The notes: generated from the letters alone by a model not told the origin. 63,994 nucleotides of DNA, filler included, from Candidatus Hydrogenedentota bacterium (GCA_040752395.1; 8 parts of 8 records of this genome joined end to end with filler, not necessarily neighbours in it), one strand, 5' to 3'. Positions 41,323 through 52,082 are shown, counted from the whole stretch's first letter. Numbers and translations are program-made.

Positions 41323-43258
41323 TCTTTGGCACATCTCTAATATAATTCAATTTACCGCCTGCTTTTAATATAGTTTTTTCTCTATCAGATGCGAGTAATT
41401 TTAATGTGATTCTGGTTTTATCTTTCAGGGATAGAACCTCAATTTTGCCTTTGTCGATAGTCAGGAGCATATCATTAAATTCAAGTTCATCATTTAAATC
41501 AATTTTTTCATAATCAGTTGAGTTTTCAAAAACAAGTGGTATAATCCCAAAATTTATGAGGTTGTCTCTATGTATACGGGCAAATGATTTAGCTATAATA
41601 GCTTTAATCCCAAGATACATAGGTGCGAGTGCTGCATGTTCTCTACTCGAGCCCTGACCATAGTTTTCGCCACCAATGATAATACCATATTTACCCTGTC
41701 CCTTTGTCTCTAATGCACGTTTGTAAAAAGTCGTATCAATCCCACTGTAAACAAATTCAGCTATTTTAGGGATATTAGACCTTAATGGTAAAACCTTTGC
41801 ACCAGCTGGCATTATATGGTCAGTAGTAATATTATCCTGAACCTTTAATATCACCTTTGCGATAAAATTATCTTTGATACCTTCATTAACAGGCAACGGC
41901 GCTATATTGGGTCCGCGAATAATTTCTATTTTTTCTTCATCTTTTGCAGGCGATATAATCATAGAATCGTCAATCAGAAATTTCGCTGAAGATTTTATTC
42001 TTTTTCTTTTACCAAGAGTTCGTGGGTCTGTAATTACGCCGGTTAGAGCAGAGGCACAGGCTGTCTCTACACTTACAAGATAAACTTGAGCAGACTTTGT
42101 TCCGCTTCTTGCTTCGAAGTTTCTGTTAAAAGTTCGTAAGGATATTCCATTTGTATTTGGCGCCAGCCCCATCCCGATACACGGTCCACAGGCTGTCTCA
42201 AGCACACGAGCACCAGCCCGATATAACTCTTTTAATCCGCCATTTTTAGCAAGCATCATAAGAACCTGACGCGAGCCTGGAGCTAATGCGAAACTTACCT
42301 CAGGATGGACATAATTTCCTTCGAGTATCTTAACAGCTGTCATAATATCACTAAAAGACGAGTTTGTACAGGAACCAATAAGTATCTGATTAATTTTAGT
42401 TCCGGTAACTTCTCTTACTGGTTTAACATTATCTGGTGAATGCGGGCAAGCAATCAAAGGTTCAATTTCTGAGAGATTTATCTCTATGGTGGCATCATAT
42501 CTTGCATCATCGTCAGGCAGTATCTCAACAAAATCTTTTTCTCTATTCTGTCTTGATAGCCAATCATAAGTAATTTTATCACTGGGGAATATAGAGCTGG
42601 TGGCACCAAGTTCAGCACCCATATTCGTTATTGTAGCTCGCTGTGGAACAGAAAGAGTATTTACACCGCTACCTGTATATTCAAATATTTTACCAACGCC
42701 ACCTTTAACAGAGAGTCGGCGAAGAACCTCAAGAATAATATCTTTAGCACTCGACCACTCGTTCAAGCGACCTGTAAGTCTGATATTAACTATTTCAGGC
42801 ATCTTAAGATAAAACGGCATACCAGCCATAGCAAGCGCTATATCAAGCCCACCCACGCCAATAGCAAGCATTCCAATCCCACCAGCTGTAGGTGTGTGGC
42901 TGTCTGACCCAAGTAAAGTTTTTCCCGCGATTCCAAACCGTTCCAGATGAACCTGATGACAGATACCATTCCCGGGTTTAGAAAAATATACACCGTATTT
43001 TTTAGCTATGGTTTGAAGAAATAAATGGTCATCAGCATTCTCAAACCCGGTTTGTAAAGTATTATGGTCTATATAACTCACAGATAACTCAGTCTTTACT
43101 TTGGGGATGCCAATAGCCTCGAACTGCAAGTATGCCATAGTACCGGTCGCGTCCTGGGTCAGGGTCTGGTCAATTTTTAAGCCTATCTCCTGTCCTTTAA
43201 CCGGTTCACCGCTTACAATATGGTTTCTAATTATTTTTTCAGTTACTGATAAAGCCAT
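41315..43258 (-). CDS. aconitate hydratase (~650-aa type)
   Basis: QDATGTMA, GICHQVH, GSDSHT, GSCTNS, CGPCIG, TTDHI, YGQGSSREHA. Confidence 0.93.
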   Translation of the reverse strand: MALSVTEKIIRNHIVSGEPVKGQEIGLKIDQTLTQDATGTMAYLQFEAIGIPKVKTELSVSYIDHNTLQTGFENADDHLFLQTIAKKYGVYFSKPGNGICHQVHLERFGIAGKTLLGSDSHTPTAGGIGMLAIGVGGLDIALAMAGMPFYLKMPEIVNIRLTGRLNEWSSAKDIILEVLRRLSVKGGVGKIFEYTGSGVNTLSVPQRATITNMGAELGATSSIFPSDKITYDWLSRQNREKDFVEILPDDDARYDATIEINLSEIEPLIACPHSPDNVKPVREVTGTKINQILIGSCTNSSFSDIMTAVKILEGNYVHPEVSFALAPGSRQVLMMLAKNGGLKELYRAGARVLETACGPCIGMGLAPNTNGISLRTFNRNFEARSGTKSAQVYLVSVETACASALTGVITDPRTLGKRKRIKSSAKFLIDDSMIISPAKDEEKIEIIRGPNIAPLPVNEGIKDNFIAKVILKVQDNITTDHIMPAGAKVLPLRSNIPKIAEFVYSGIDTTFYKRALETKGQGKYGIIIGGENYGQGSSREHAALAPMYLGIKAIIAKSFARIHRDNLINFGIIPLVFENSTDYEKIDLNDELEFNDMLLTIDKGKIEVLSLKDKTRITLKLLASDREKTILKAGGKLNYIRDVPKNG

Positions 43259-43271
43259 TGTCGCTTCGCTC

Positions 43272-44585
43272 CTATACTACTCCTGTTTTCAAGTTTTCGT
43301 ATTCTAATGCATTGTTAATAGCATTAGCAAGTAGAGTGGATGCGAGTCGTGCTATGAGTTTATCCTTTTTCAAGAAGGGCTTATTATTAATTTTATTCCG
43401 AATCATAAAGACGCCAATGACCCTGCCTTTCGCAACTAATGCTGCAATGAGTGCTACCCCTGGTTGCGGGTCATCAACAATAGTTGTGGTCCCGAATTCA
43501 GCAGTTAAACCTATATCGCTCTGTCCAACTTTAACTCTGATTGTTGAGAGTTCACTTTCAGAGATAACACCATTTTCATCATACCCGATTTTACCCACAA
43601 GTTCGTTGGTAGCCGAGTCAAGCAAAAAGAGGGTCATAATTCTTACTTTCATCAACCTCACAATCGAACCCACAGCCATCTGTAGAACCTCACTTAAATC
43701 AAGTGTTGCGCCGATACGTTTAGCAATATCAAGCAGGTTAAAAAATTCCTGACCTGTTAATGGTTGTGGTCCTTCTTCACCGCTTTCCCCTGTTTCAACT
43801 TCTTTTTTCATTTTATCTATTTCGTGCTTGTATTTTCTCTCAAGTTCTAATTTAATATCTGATATAATTTCTTCGGTACCATCATTAATATTTTTACTTA
43901 TAAAAAGGCTTGCAATAATCACAGAAGATATAAGAACAATCGAGATTAAAAGTATAAAATTTCGAAGCTGAACAAAATCATAAAAGCTATCAACAGAGAA
44001 CCCCACCCTGATGGCCCCCCATACAATAGAGTAATTATTAATATTTATAGGAACTATTACATCAAGTACATCTCTGCCGCTACTTTTCAATCTTCGTTCA
44101 GTGCGTGTAAGCTGAGGCGGTATCTCTTGATAATTTGTTATCTCACCATCAGCGGTTCTTAATTTATGCAAACCTGCCTGCTGGTCGGCAAGTTCTGTTT
44201 TAACTCTTATTTTCTTGTAAACTTTTTGTTCGATCTCATCAACTTCAGCCCTTGTAATTTTACCAGAAAACTCTTCAGCAAGCGGAACACCATCACCATC
44301 AAGTATATATACATACACTATCTCGCCCTGCTCGCCTATATCACCTATTGTATTAGCCACAGCATCTCTTAAGGAACTTATATCGTTCTCTGCGATTTGT
44401 TTAGCATTGGATAATGCCATAATTTTGGGTATAAGTTCTGTTCTTCTTATAATCTCTTGTTCAAACTTTTCTTTATCAATATAATAAACAATAAAAACGA
44501 TTATAATAGCAAGTATAACATTCAAAAGAGAGATGCCAATCACTTTAAAGCCGATGTTTAAATACTTTAATCTCTCCTCAGCCAC
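43272..44585 (-). CDS. 2-TM sensor-like protein with a C-terminal GAF domain
   Basis: TM - Cache-like periplasmic region - TM, then IGATLDLSEVL..IGVFMIRNK..AINNALEYE GAF pattern. Confidence 0.75.
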   Translation of the reverse strand: MAEERLKYLNIGFKVIGISLLNVILAIIIVFIVYYIDKEKFEQEIIRRTELIPKIMALSNAKQIAENDISSLRDAVANTIGDIGEQGEIVYVYILDGDGVPLAEEFSGKITRAEVDEIEQKVYKKIRVKTELADQQAGLHKLRTADGEITNYQEIPPQLTRTERRLKSSGRDVLDVIVPININNYSIVWGAIRVGFSVDSFYDFVQLRNFILLISIVLISSVIIASLFISKNINDGTEEIISDIKLELERKYKHEIDKMKKEVETGESGEEGPQPLTGQEFFNLLDIAKRIGATLDLSEVLQMAVGSIVRLMKVRIMTLFLLDSATNELVGKIGYDENGVISESELSTIRVKVGQSDIGLTAEFGTTTIVDDPQPGVALIAALVAKGRVIGVFMIRNKINNKPFLKKDKLIARLASTLLANAINNALEYENLKTGVV

Positions 44586-44592
44586 TATATCA

Positions 44593-44847
44593 CTCCTCTG
44601 AAAAACGCTGTAACTCTAATAAAATCAAATAGAAGCAAGAAGCAAGATAACGGAAGAAGTGAGAGGTATCAGGACGGGCTACAGGCTACAGGCTACGGAC
44701 TACAGCCGGCTGGAGCCAAAAGCCCGGAGCCTGCTGAAAAGTCTCGAGTCTTGAGTCTTGAGTCTTGTTTTGACTCACGACTCTTTTCATACTTTGTGCC
44801 TCTGTGCCTCTGTGCCTCTGTGCCTTTCCTTTGAATCTTTCATCCTT
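44593..44847 (-). repeat. modular repeat array (TGAAAGAT)-E-D-B-A-C
   Basis: Collinear with 62229-62425 apart from unit copy numbers. Confidence 0.94.
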
Positions 44848-46815
44848 TTAATCCACAGTTATTTTGTCTTTAATTTTATTATACAACTCTTCGTCAATAC
44901 CCGGGACATTCAGTAAACCTTCGTTCTTTTTAAAACTTCCTTTTGAATCACGATAAGCTACAATCATTCTCGCCTGATATTCGCTAATACCCAATGTTTT
45001 CATCAGTTCTGTATACTCTGCTTTGTTTATATTAACTTTAACCTCTTCCTTAATTTTTTCCTCTTTTACTACTCTTTCTTCCTTTTGTGGTTTCACTTTT
45101 ACCTCAATCTTTGGTTCTTCTATGTATAAGTACTCAGTTAATTCAGGATGCGATTCTTTATCAATACCTGGTACATTATATACATCCTCAACTTTTTTAT
45201 ACAATCCATATTCATCTCTGTAAGCGATTATAAGCATAGCCTCGAATTTAGTAAGTCCTGGTATTGTTTCTAATTCTTTTAACTGGGCTGTGTTCAAATT
45301 GACCTTTGTAATAGTTTCTTTTTTTTCAACAGGCTTAATGACTTCTATCTTTTCTTTTGGTTTTTCAATTTTTCGTTCCTCTGCAGGTATTTTTACTTTT
45401 TCTTTTTCTTCGGGTTTTACTTGCGGGATTCTTTCTTTTGGAACTTTAGTTTCGACCACATAGAGATAAGGTCTTGCTAATCTGTATATATCTTCATTAA
45501 CTCCAGGGACAAGCAGTAAATCCTCAAGCTGTCTAAAATTACCGTATTTTTCTCTATAAGCTACTATAAGTTTAGCAATAGCTTCATCAATACCAGGTAT
45601 TTTTTTAAGTTCTTCGAAATTTGCAGTATTCAGGTTTAAGAATATTTTTTCTTTTTCTATACCAATCGGCTGGTCAGGACCATTAAAGTCAACAACATAA
45701 TCAGATAATAAAGGATATTTAGCTTTTTCGTCTTCCATCTGGGCAACATAAGCTTCTGGCCGAATTATTCTCGGAGTTATAAAAATAAGAGTTTCATTAT
45801 TGACTCGATTAGTAGTTTTTGTTTTAAATAAATTACCAAGTACAGGGATATCACCCAGAACCGGGACCTTGCTTACTGTTACATCTTCTGACCCCTGAAT
45901 CAATCCGCCAATTATTAAAGTATAACCATCCTGAATCAAGACTTTAGTATTTGCGCTGCTTGAGCTTACTGGCACCTGCCCGGTTGACGTAGGTTTGCCA
46001 GCAGGTATGTCAATCTGTGGGTTCACCTCAAGTTCAATAATATTGTCATCACCTACATGAGGTGTAACTGTAAGCGTTATAGGTACTCGCTGAGTACTTG
46101 GGATCTGGTAAGGTTGACCCGTAACCGGGTCTTTTTCAATTGTATATGTTGGGAACTCCTGTCCGATATCAATAGTAGCCTCTTTATTATCAAGTACTAC
46201 AACCTTTGGACTTGCGATGACATTCACAGAGGTGTATTGAGCTAATGCATTGAGTAAGCCCTGTAAATCGCCAACAGAGCTCAAAGGGTTATTGGGGTCA
46301 GCAAAATTTACCACAGCAAACCTTAATGTTGCGCCAACATTTGCAGTAGAACCAATATTCATTTTTATATATTCATCTGTCCCGAATCTCAGGTTCTCAT
46401 TAATAAATTTTAAGCTCGGTATATACTGCCACTCAATACCAAGAGACTCAGCATTTGATAATTGAACACTTGCAACAACCGCTTCAATTAATACCTGTGG
46501 GATACGGCAATCAAGGTGTTCTAACACTTCGTCTACTTTGTTTATTACTTCAGCTGATGCTGTAATTATAAGCGAATTTGTTCTCTCATCAACCTCAAGT
46601 GTTCCGCCGTTATCAGTTAAAAACGAGGAGATAGGAGTATTTATATCAGCTGGCTGAACAAACTTAAGTTTCCGAACGACAGTTACCCTCTTAGTATCAA
46701 GTTCTTTAACTACATCAGCTATTTTAGTGTATATCTTTTCATCATCGATAAATGCTACGGCATTCTGCTGGTCTAATGCAAAAAAATTGATTCCCGGGAA
46801 TAAATCTGTAAGGGT
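44848..46815 (-). CDS. secretin (GspD/PilQ family) with three C-terminal ComEA-like helix-hairpin-helix domains (5' truncated)
   Basis: Frame is open to the contig edge (..VDERTNSLII.. secretin N domain); QVLIEA, IIGGLI, KVPVLGDIPVLGNLFK, IFITPRII; then 3x (L/V)N(L/I)NxAxxxEL..A..I(V/I)AYR..G.(F/Y)....L..VPG. Confidence 0.88.
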   Translation of the reverse strand, partial: TLTDLFPGINFFALDQQNAVAFIDDEKIYTKIADVVKELDTKRVTVVRKLKFVQPADINTPISSFLTDNGGTLEVDERTNSLIITASAEVINKVDEVLEHLDCRIPQVLIEAVVASVQLSNAESLGIEWQYIPSLKFINENLRFGTDEYIKMNIGSTANVGATLRFAVVNFADPNNPLSSVGDLQGLLNALAQYTSVNVIASPKVVVLDNKEATIDIGQEFPTYTIEKDPVTGQPYQIPSTQRVPITLTVTPHVGDDNIIELEVNPQIDIPAGKPTSTGQVPVSSSSANTKVLIQDGYTLIIGGLIQGSEDVTVSKVPVLGDIPVLGNLFKTKTTNRVNNETLIFITPRIIRPEAYVAQMEDEKAKYPLLSDYVVDFNGPDQPIGIEKEKIFLNLNTANFEELKKIPGIDEAIAKLIVAYREKYGNFRQLEDLLLVPGVNEDIYRLARPYLYVVETKVPKERIPQVKPEEKEKVKIPAEERKIEKPKEKIEVIKPVEKKETITKVNLNTAQLKELETIPGLTKFEAMLIIAYRDEYGLYKKVEDVYNVPGIDKESHPELTEYLYIEEPKIEVKVKPQKEERVVKEEKIKEEVKVNINKAEYTELMKTLGISEYQARMIVAYRDSKGSFKKNEGLLNVPGIDEELYNKIKDKITVD

Positions 46816-46916
46816 TNNNNNNNNNNNNNNNNNNNNNNNNNNNNNNNNNNNNNNNNNNNNTTAATTAATTAANNNNNNNNNNNNNNNNNNNNNNNNNNNN
46901 NNNNNNNNNNNNNNNN

Positions 46917-47407
46917 ACAAGGAATAAAGCCATAGGTAAAGCAAGTTCAAGATAATGAGATAAAACATTCGGGTTCCCAAGCCCTGATTGTACAGTATAT
47001 CCAAATAATGGTATATTCTTTGTCTTTAATATATGAAATCCAGCATTAATAGAGGCTGCTAACACAAAAATAAAAAGAAGATATTTATCTCTTGCCTCTT
47101 TTGTCTTTGCAATAGCAATACTTAAAAGAAAACAGCTTGTAAAAAGAAGCGTCTCTTTTAAAGCTATTACTTTATTTATAGCAAAATATGAACCAATAAT
47201 ACCAAGCAAAAAAAATATCAATATCCATACAATCTCAAAATCAAATTTTATTTTTCTTATAGCAAAAAATCCGCAAAGACCAAATAGAAAAACAAACATT
47301 AAAAAGGGTTCTTTGATATAAAGTGTATCTTTTGTTAAAAGCGAATACATAAAAGGAGAGAGAACAAGAAGATAAACAAGTAATAATCTAATGAGCCAGT
47401 TATTCAT
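46917..47407 (-). CDS. O-antigen ligase-like membrane protein (3' truncated)
   Basis: Multi-TM; SGLGNPNVLSHYL motif. Confidence 0.7.
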
Positions 47408-48155
47408 TTTTATACCTGATATCTACAAGATAGAGCCCATGCGGCCAATAAGGTGTTATGTTTTTAGAACGTTTACCTGAGATGAGCATATTTTTAATCT
47501 CTTCCAGACTTATTTTATTGTAATATAACATAAAAATACCTGAAATAATCAATCGAGCCATTTTTCTTAAAAAAGCATCAGCAGTTATTCTGAAAATAAT
47601 AGTATCATTGTTTTTAACGAACCATTCTATCTCCTTTACCTTTCTTATATAGGTCTCTGTTTTTGTCCCTGTGACAGAGAAAGCCTTAAAGTTATGTTCC
47701 CCTCTAAATACTTGAGATATTCCATTCAGCTTTTTAATATCAAGTTCATCTCTAACAAAATGAAATCTATCTTTGAGAAAAGGCGATTGGTAATCACATC
47801 TTTTAATTCTATATTCATACGTTCTTGATATGGCATCTCTTCTGCTATCAAATTCAGGGTGAGCATACTCTATCTCTTTAACACCTATGTCTATTGGTAA
47901 TTTAGAATTCATTATTTCTTTTAATTTAGCTGGTTGTATATCAATATCTAAATCAAAATCAATGACCTGATATTCGGCGTGTACACCTGCGTCTGTTCTT
48001 CCAGCGGCACGGGGTAGCCTTTTTATATTAAATACTTGCTTCAGCAACTTATAAATCTCTTCCTGAACAGTTCTCTGATTTTTCTGTATCTGCCAGCCAT
48101 AAAAATGAGTCCCTGCATATTCGATTATAGCTTTATATCTTATTTTAAGGGGCAT
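47400..48155 (-). CDS. truA: tRNA pseudouridine(38-40) synthase
   Basis: FYGWQIQ, AGRTDAGVHA, GEHNFKAF, ADAFLRKMAR, GLYL. Confidence 0.95.
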   Translation of the reverse strand: MPLKIRYKAIIEYAGTHFYGWQIQKNQRTVQEEIYKLLKQVFNIKRLPRAAGRTDAGVHAEYQVIDFDLDIDIQPAKLKEIMNSKLPIDIGVKEIEYAHPEFDSRRDAISRTYEYRIKRCDYQSPFLKDRFHFVRDELDIKKLNGISQVFRGEHNFKAFSVTGTKTETYIRKVKEIEWFVKNNDTIIFRITADAFLRKMARLIISGIFMLYYNKISLEEIKNMLISGKRSKNITPYWPHGLYLVDIRYKNE

Positions 48156-48167
48156 AAAATCTCAGTT

Positions 48168-48239
48168 ATAAGAAGCAAGACAACGAAAGAAGTTATAGGA
48201 GACAGAAGACAGATTATCCGAAAGGATTCAAAGATGAAA
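48168..48239. repeat. degenerate modular repeat
   Basis: AAGAAGCAAGACAACGAAAG, AGACAGAAGACAG and GATTCAAAG pieces shared with 33428, 33697-33732 and 44829. Confidence 0.55.
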
Positions 48240-48241
48240 TA

Positions 48242-49921
48242 CTATTTTTTTTCGGTCTTTTTCAAGATCTTAGCTATGTGGTTCAATTTTTTCTGAGCAT
48301 CCTTACCGTAAACCGTGTCAGGATAATCTTCAACAATCTTCTTAAGATATGGCACTGCTGAATTATAATCTTTTTCTTCAATAAAAGTAATGGCAATTTT
48401 ATATAATGCTTCTAAAGAAATTTTTGCTTTCGGATAGTCATTAACAACTTTTAAATATTTCTCTCTCGCTTCCTGGAACTTATACTTTCTTTCAAGATTC
48501 AAACCCTGGATGTATAGTAAAAAAGGTGTTGAATCAGCTTCGAGATTGGTCTCGATATTTTTTATCTCCACATCAACGATAAGCTGTTTGGCTTTATCAG
48601 GATATTTTTCTTTAAGCTGTTTAAAATATGAAAGCGCGGTTTGGGGGCACCCGCTTAAATAATAACTATTCGCAAGACCATATAATGCATCGGCTACAGC
48701 GTCACCCTGAGAATATTCCTGCAGTATTTTATTATAAAGCGTAATGGCTTTTTCATAGTTTGAATATCGTGAGAAATATATATTAGCAAGTGATTTCAAA
48801 ACATTATCAGCCACACTGGTTTTAGAATAATTATCAATCAACTCCTCGTATATCTTTACTGCCGCCTCTATCTCACCTTTTAAATAATAAGCCTGCGCTT
48901 TATTTGCAAGATTAACCGCCTTTCTTGATATATTATCTGATTTTAGTGAATCAATATAATCTATTACAGCATCATAATCCCGGAGCATCATAAATATATC
49001 AATAATATTATCTTCTGCCTGATATGCCAAAGGGGTTCCTGAAACCGATGATGTTATTTCACGAAACAATGTTTCGGCTCTTCTAAAAGATCCTTTAACC
49101 TTGTAAATATTAGCTAATTGAAACTTAATCTGGTTTGTATATTTAGATTTAGAATTGGTATTAATATAAAACTCAAGCAGTTCAATAGCCTTGTCAAAAT
49201 TCTTTTTTTTCTTTAATTGATACTCGCCAACTACAAAATCATAGGTCTTTTTAGTGTACTCGCTATCAGGGAACTCTTTTGCTAATATCAGTAATTTTTC
49301 CTCACCTGCTTTTTCAAGCCCGATTTCATAATAATTCAGAATAGTATAATAATACGCTTCGGGTATTCTTTCATTTTCAGGGTATCTTTTTATAAACTCT
49401 AAAAAAGCGATACTTGATTTTTCGTTCTCTTTAAGCCCCATATAACATACGCCTTTGCCAAACCGCGCTCGCTCAGTATATCCATACCTGTTCTGCGGGT
49501 CCTTCATAATTATTTGATTCAATACTTCCAGACACTCATCAAACTTTTTTTCTAAATTAAGTTTCTGTGCTTTCTCAAATAACTCTTTTATCTCTTTTCT
49601 AAGTGGCAATAATTCTTTAGGTGGCTTTTTTCCCTCTATCCATGGCCATTCACCCTCTTTAATAACATCAACATAATTCTCGTATACCCAACCTTTTACT
49701 CCACCGGCCTTCTCAATGTAAAACCATTTTTTGTCAGTGGTTTTTTCAAGTATTTTAGATTTCTCCCTTGCTTTTAATCGCCCTGTAACTTTTGCTAATA
49801 TATTGGGTCTTGCTCTTAATTCTGCATCTTTATCCTTGCAGACCACATATTCATCCTGTGAATGTAAAACCGCAACATAACATATAAACATAATTATAGC
49901 TGTTGAAATTCTCTTTACCAT
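48242..49921 (-). CDS. exported SH3b + TPR repeat protein (BamD/CpoB-like repeats)
   Basis: Signal peptide, ELRARP..KGWVY SH3b pattern, multiple TPRs ending in YP. Confidence 0.82.
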   Translation of the reverse strand: MVKRISTAIIMFICYVAVLHSQDEYVVCKDKDAELRARPNILAKVTGRLKAREKSKILEKTTDKKWFYIEKAGGVKGWVYENYVDVIKEGEWPWIEGKKPPKELLPLRKEIKELFEKAQKLNLEKKFDECLEVLNQIIMKDPQNRYGYTERARFGKGVCYMGLKENEKSSIAFLEFIKRYPENERIPEAYYYTILNYYEIGLEKAGEEKLLILAKEFPDSEYTKKTYDFVVGEYQLKKKKNFDKAIELLEFYINTNSKSKYTNQIKFQLANIYKVKGSFRRAETLFREITSSVSGTPLAYQAEDNIIDIFMMLRDYDAVIDYIDSLKSDNISRKAVNLANKAQAYYLKGEIEAAVKIYEELIDNYSKTSVADNVLKSLANIYFSRYSNYEKAITLYNKILQEYSQGDAVADALYGLANSYYLSGCPQTALSYFKQLKEKYPDKAKQLIVDVEIKNIETNLEADSTPFLLYIQGLNLERKYKFQEAREKYLKVVNDYPKAKISLEALYKIAITFIEEKDYNSAVPYLKKIVEDYPDTVYGKDAQKKLNHIAKILKKTEKK

Positions 49922-50111
49922 AATATCCTCTTAATTTTTACAAATATGTAAAATAAAACAGAATCTGTCAAAGGAAAAGCAAGTATCGTTCCACTTTTTG
50001 CTAATTTAATATCTGACTTTAAATGTGCAGAAATGGTTAAAATATAAGTAAATCAAAAAATCAAGGGGTCATATTAGATAAATAATCGAAGTTTATAGTG
50101 TAACCGACTTA

Positions 50112-50453
50112 TTATAAAGAGTAAACCATCTTTCCTTTTTGAGATATTTCGCCGGTTATACTAAAACAATCAGGATGATTTAATTCTTCCCGAGTAAAAC
50201 CTAACAAATCTATATTTACCAAGTATGGTATTTTAATTTCTTTTAGACCTGACAATAATATTTTTAAACGATCTATGTCGTCTACCCCTTTAAAACTACT
50301 GGATACTACAGCTAAATCAATATCACTGTATTTATTATAAGATTTTGTTGCACATGAGCCGAATAAAATAACTTTTTCAATCTTGATCTTATTCGATAAT
50401 ACCTTTACTAATTCTTTTACAATTTTTTTAATTGCTGATTTTTTATAAACCAT
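50112..50453 (-). CDS. minimal nucleotidyltransferase
   Basis: LFGSCATKSYNKYSDIDLAV. Confidence 0.88.
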   Translation of the reverse strand: MVYKKSAIKKIVKELVKVLSNKIKIEKVILFGSCATKSYNKYSDIDLAVVSSSFKGVDDIDRLKILLSGLKEIKIPYLVNIDLLGFTREELNHPDCFSITGEISQKGKMVYSL

Positions 50454-50821
50454 CTAATTGTCCTCAATGTTTGATCTAATAATTTTTCTGCATTAAGACG
50501 GTTATAAATTTTTGTATTAAATCTATCTTCTTTATACCGTGCTATGATATAATGCGCATTGGCTAAAATAATAGTTTCATTTATATTATCCGGTAATTCA
50601 ATATGTAACAGATTAACTAATTGGACAAGGTTATGAATAAGAGGTGGCGGTTTTCTTTTTGAATGAATATATGCTGCTTTCAACATCGCTTCTAAAGTTT
50701 GCTGACACATAAACATACAAAAATTCCATCTGCCAGCTTTAAACATCGCTCTGGCTGTTTTTAAATTGTCTTTATAACAATTAATCCAAAAAGTTAAATT
50801 TTTCTTAATGGTATTATTCAC
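50417..50821 (-). CDS. HEPN domain protein
   Basis: FMCQQTLEAMLKA, HNLVQL, YIIARY (HEPN subfamily lacking RX4H). Confidence 0.85.
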   Translation of the reverse strand: MNNTIKKNLTFWINCYKDNLKTARAMFKAGRWNFCMFMCQQTLEAMLKAAYIHSKRKPPPLIHNLVQLVNLLHIELPDNINETIILANAHYIIARYKEDRFNTKIYNRLNAEKLLDQTLRTIRWFIKNQQLKKL

Positions 50822-50914
50822 GTTTTAATTAAATAATTATATACTCTTTGTTGTCAAGTTGAGAATTTGCTGTAGAAAATAAAGAACTCCACCGAAGCCT
50901 GAGTGATTACTGCG

Positions 50915-52078
50915 TTATTTTAAAAAAAGTTTAGCAAAATTATAAAGAACCCTGAATAAGTAGTTTTTATTAACAATCTCGCGAATGTTATTAAATAATT
51001 CTGAATATCTTATTTCACCCTTTAATAATTTCTCAAACAAGGAGACAATATAATCGTTCTTAATACCAAAATAATATGTTAGATATGGTAATCGGAACAT
51101 AAAATCAGCTAATATGTTCGCATACTTATATTCAGCGTAAAACTCTTTGTTTATATGCTCAAAATATTCTGAAAAATCAGGCCCATATTCATTAAACATT
51201 TTTAATATCACATTCGCTGCTATTTTAGCACTATAAATAGCTTGATAAATCCCTTCGCCGCTTAATGGGTCTACTAAAAATCCTGCATCACCAATAAGTA
51301 AAGTGTGTTTAAAAGTTATTTGAGGAATAATCAGTTTTGATATACAAGCAAGCCCCCCACCTCTTATCGACTCATTACAATAACTCATCCCCATTCGTGA
51401 TAAAAATTCTCTTGTATCTCTGACAATACCCGGACATCTATTAGACATTCTCCCAACACCACAGGATAGATATTCTTCTTTGGGAAATATCCAACCATAT
51501 CCATTATCAATATATCCTGTTTCCATTACGGACTTGATTAAATTTTTATTATTACTGATTTTTATGTCAGTAGCCCAGCCTATCTGTGTTTTAAGACTAT
51601 CTTCTATCTCTGGTTTTAAACATTTTCTTGTTATACTTAATCCACCATCAGCACCTATACAGAATTTAGATTTATATATCCCTTTTATGGTTTCAACAGT
51701 AACAAGCTGCTGACCCTCATAAACTTTTAATACTCTTTCATTATCATTAACAATTACGCCTTGATTTTTTGCTATGCTTAAAAGCCAGAGATCAAACTCT
51801 TTTCTGTCAACCATAAGTATCTCTGTATCTGCTATATAATCTCTGGTGAATTTTTTAAATTTAAACTCAATATTTTTTACTCTTGCTTTGATTAGATTAT
51901 TTAACTCTTTATTAGCTATTAACTGAAAAGTGCGTGTCGTGATACCGCCAGCACAGGGTTTATATCGTGGTAATTTTTCTTTTTCAATCAATAAGACCTT
52001 TAAGCCAGCGTTTGCTAAAATTCTTGAAGCAGTGGAGCCAGCTGGTCCTGCACCAATAACAATAGCATCATAAATCAT
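50915..52078 (-). CDS. geranylgeranyl reductase-family FAD oxidoreductase
   Basis: GAGPAG, RYKPCAGG, GYGWIFPK, GDAGFLVDPLSGEGIYQA. Confidence 0.9.
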   Translation of the reverse strand: MIYDAIVIGAGPAGSTASRILANAGLKVLLIEKEKLPRYKPCAGGITTRTFQLIANKELNNLIKARVKNIEFKFKKFTRDYIADTEILMVDRKEFDLWLLSIAKNQGVIVNDNERVLKVYEGQQLVTVETIKGIYKSKFCIGADGGLSITRKCLKPEIEDSLKTQIGWATDIKISNNKNLIKSVMETGYIDNGYGWIFPKEEYLSCGVGRMSNRCPGIVRDTREFLSRMGMSYCNESIRGGGLACISKLIIPQITFKHTLLIGDAGFLVDPLSGEGIYQAIYSAKIAANVILKMFNEYGPDFSEYFEHINKEFYAEYKYANILADFMFRLPYLTYYFGIKNDYIVSLFEKLLKGEIRYSELFNNIREIVNKNYLFRVLYNFAKLFLK

Positions 52079-52082
52079 TGTA

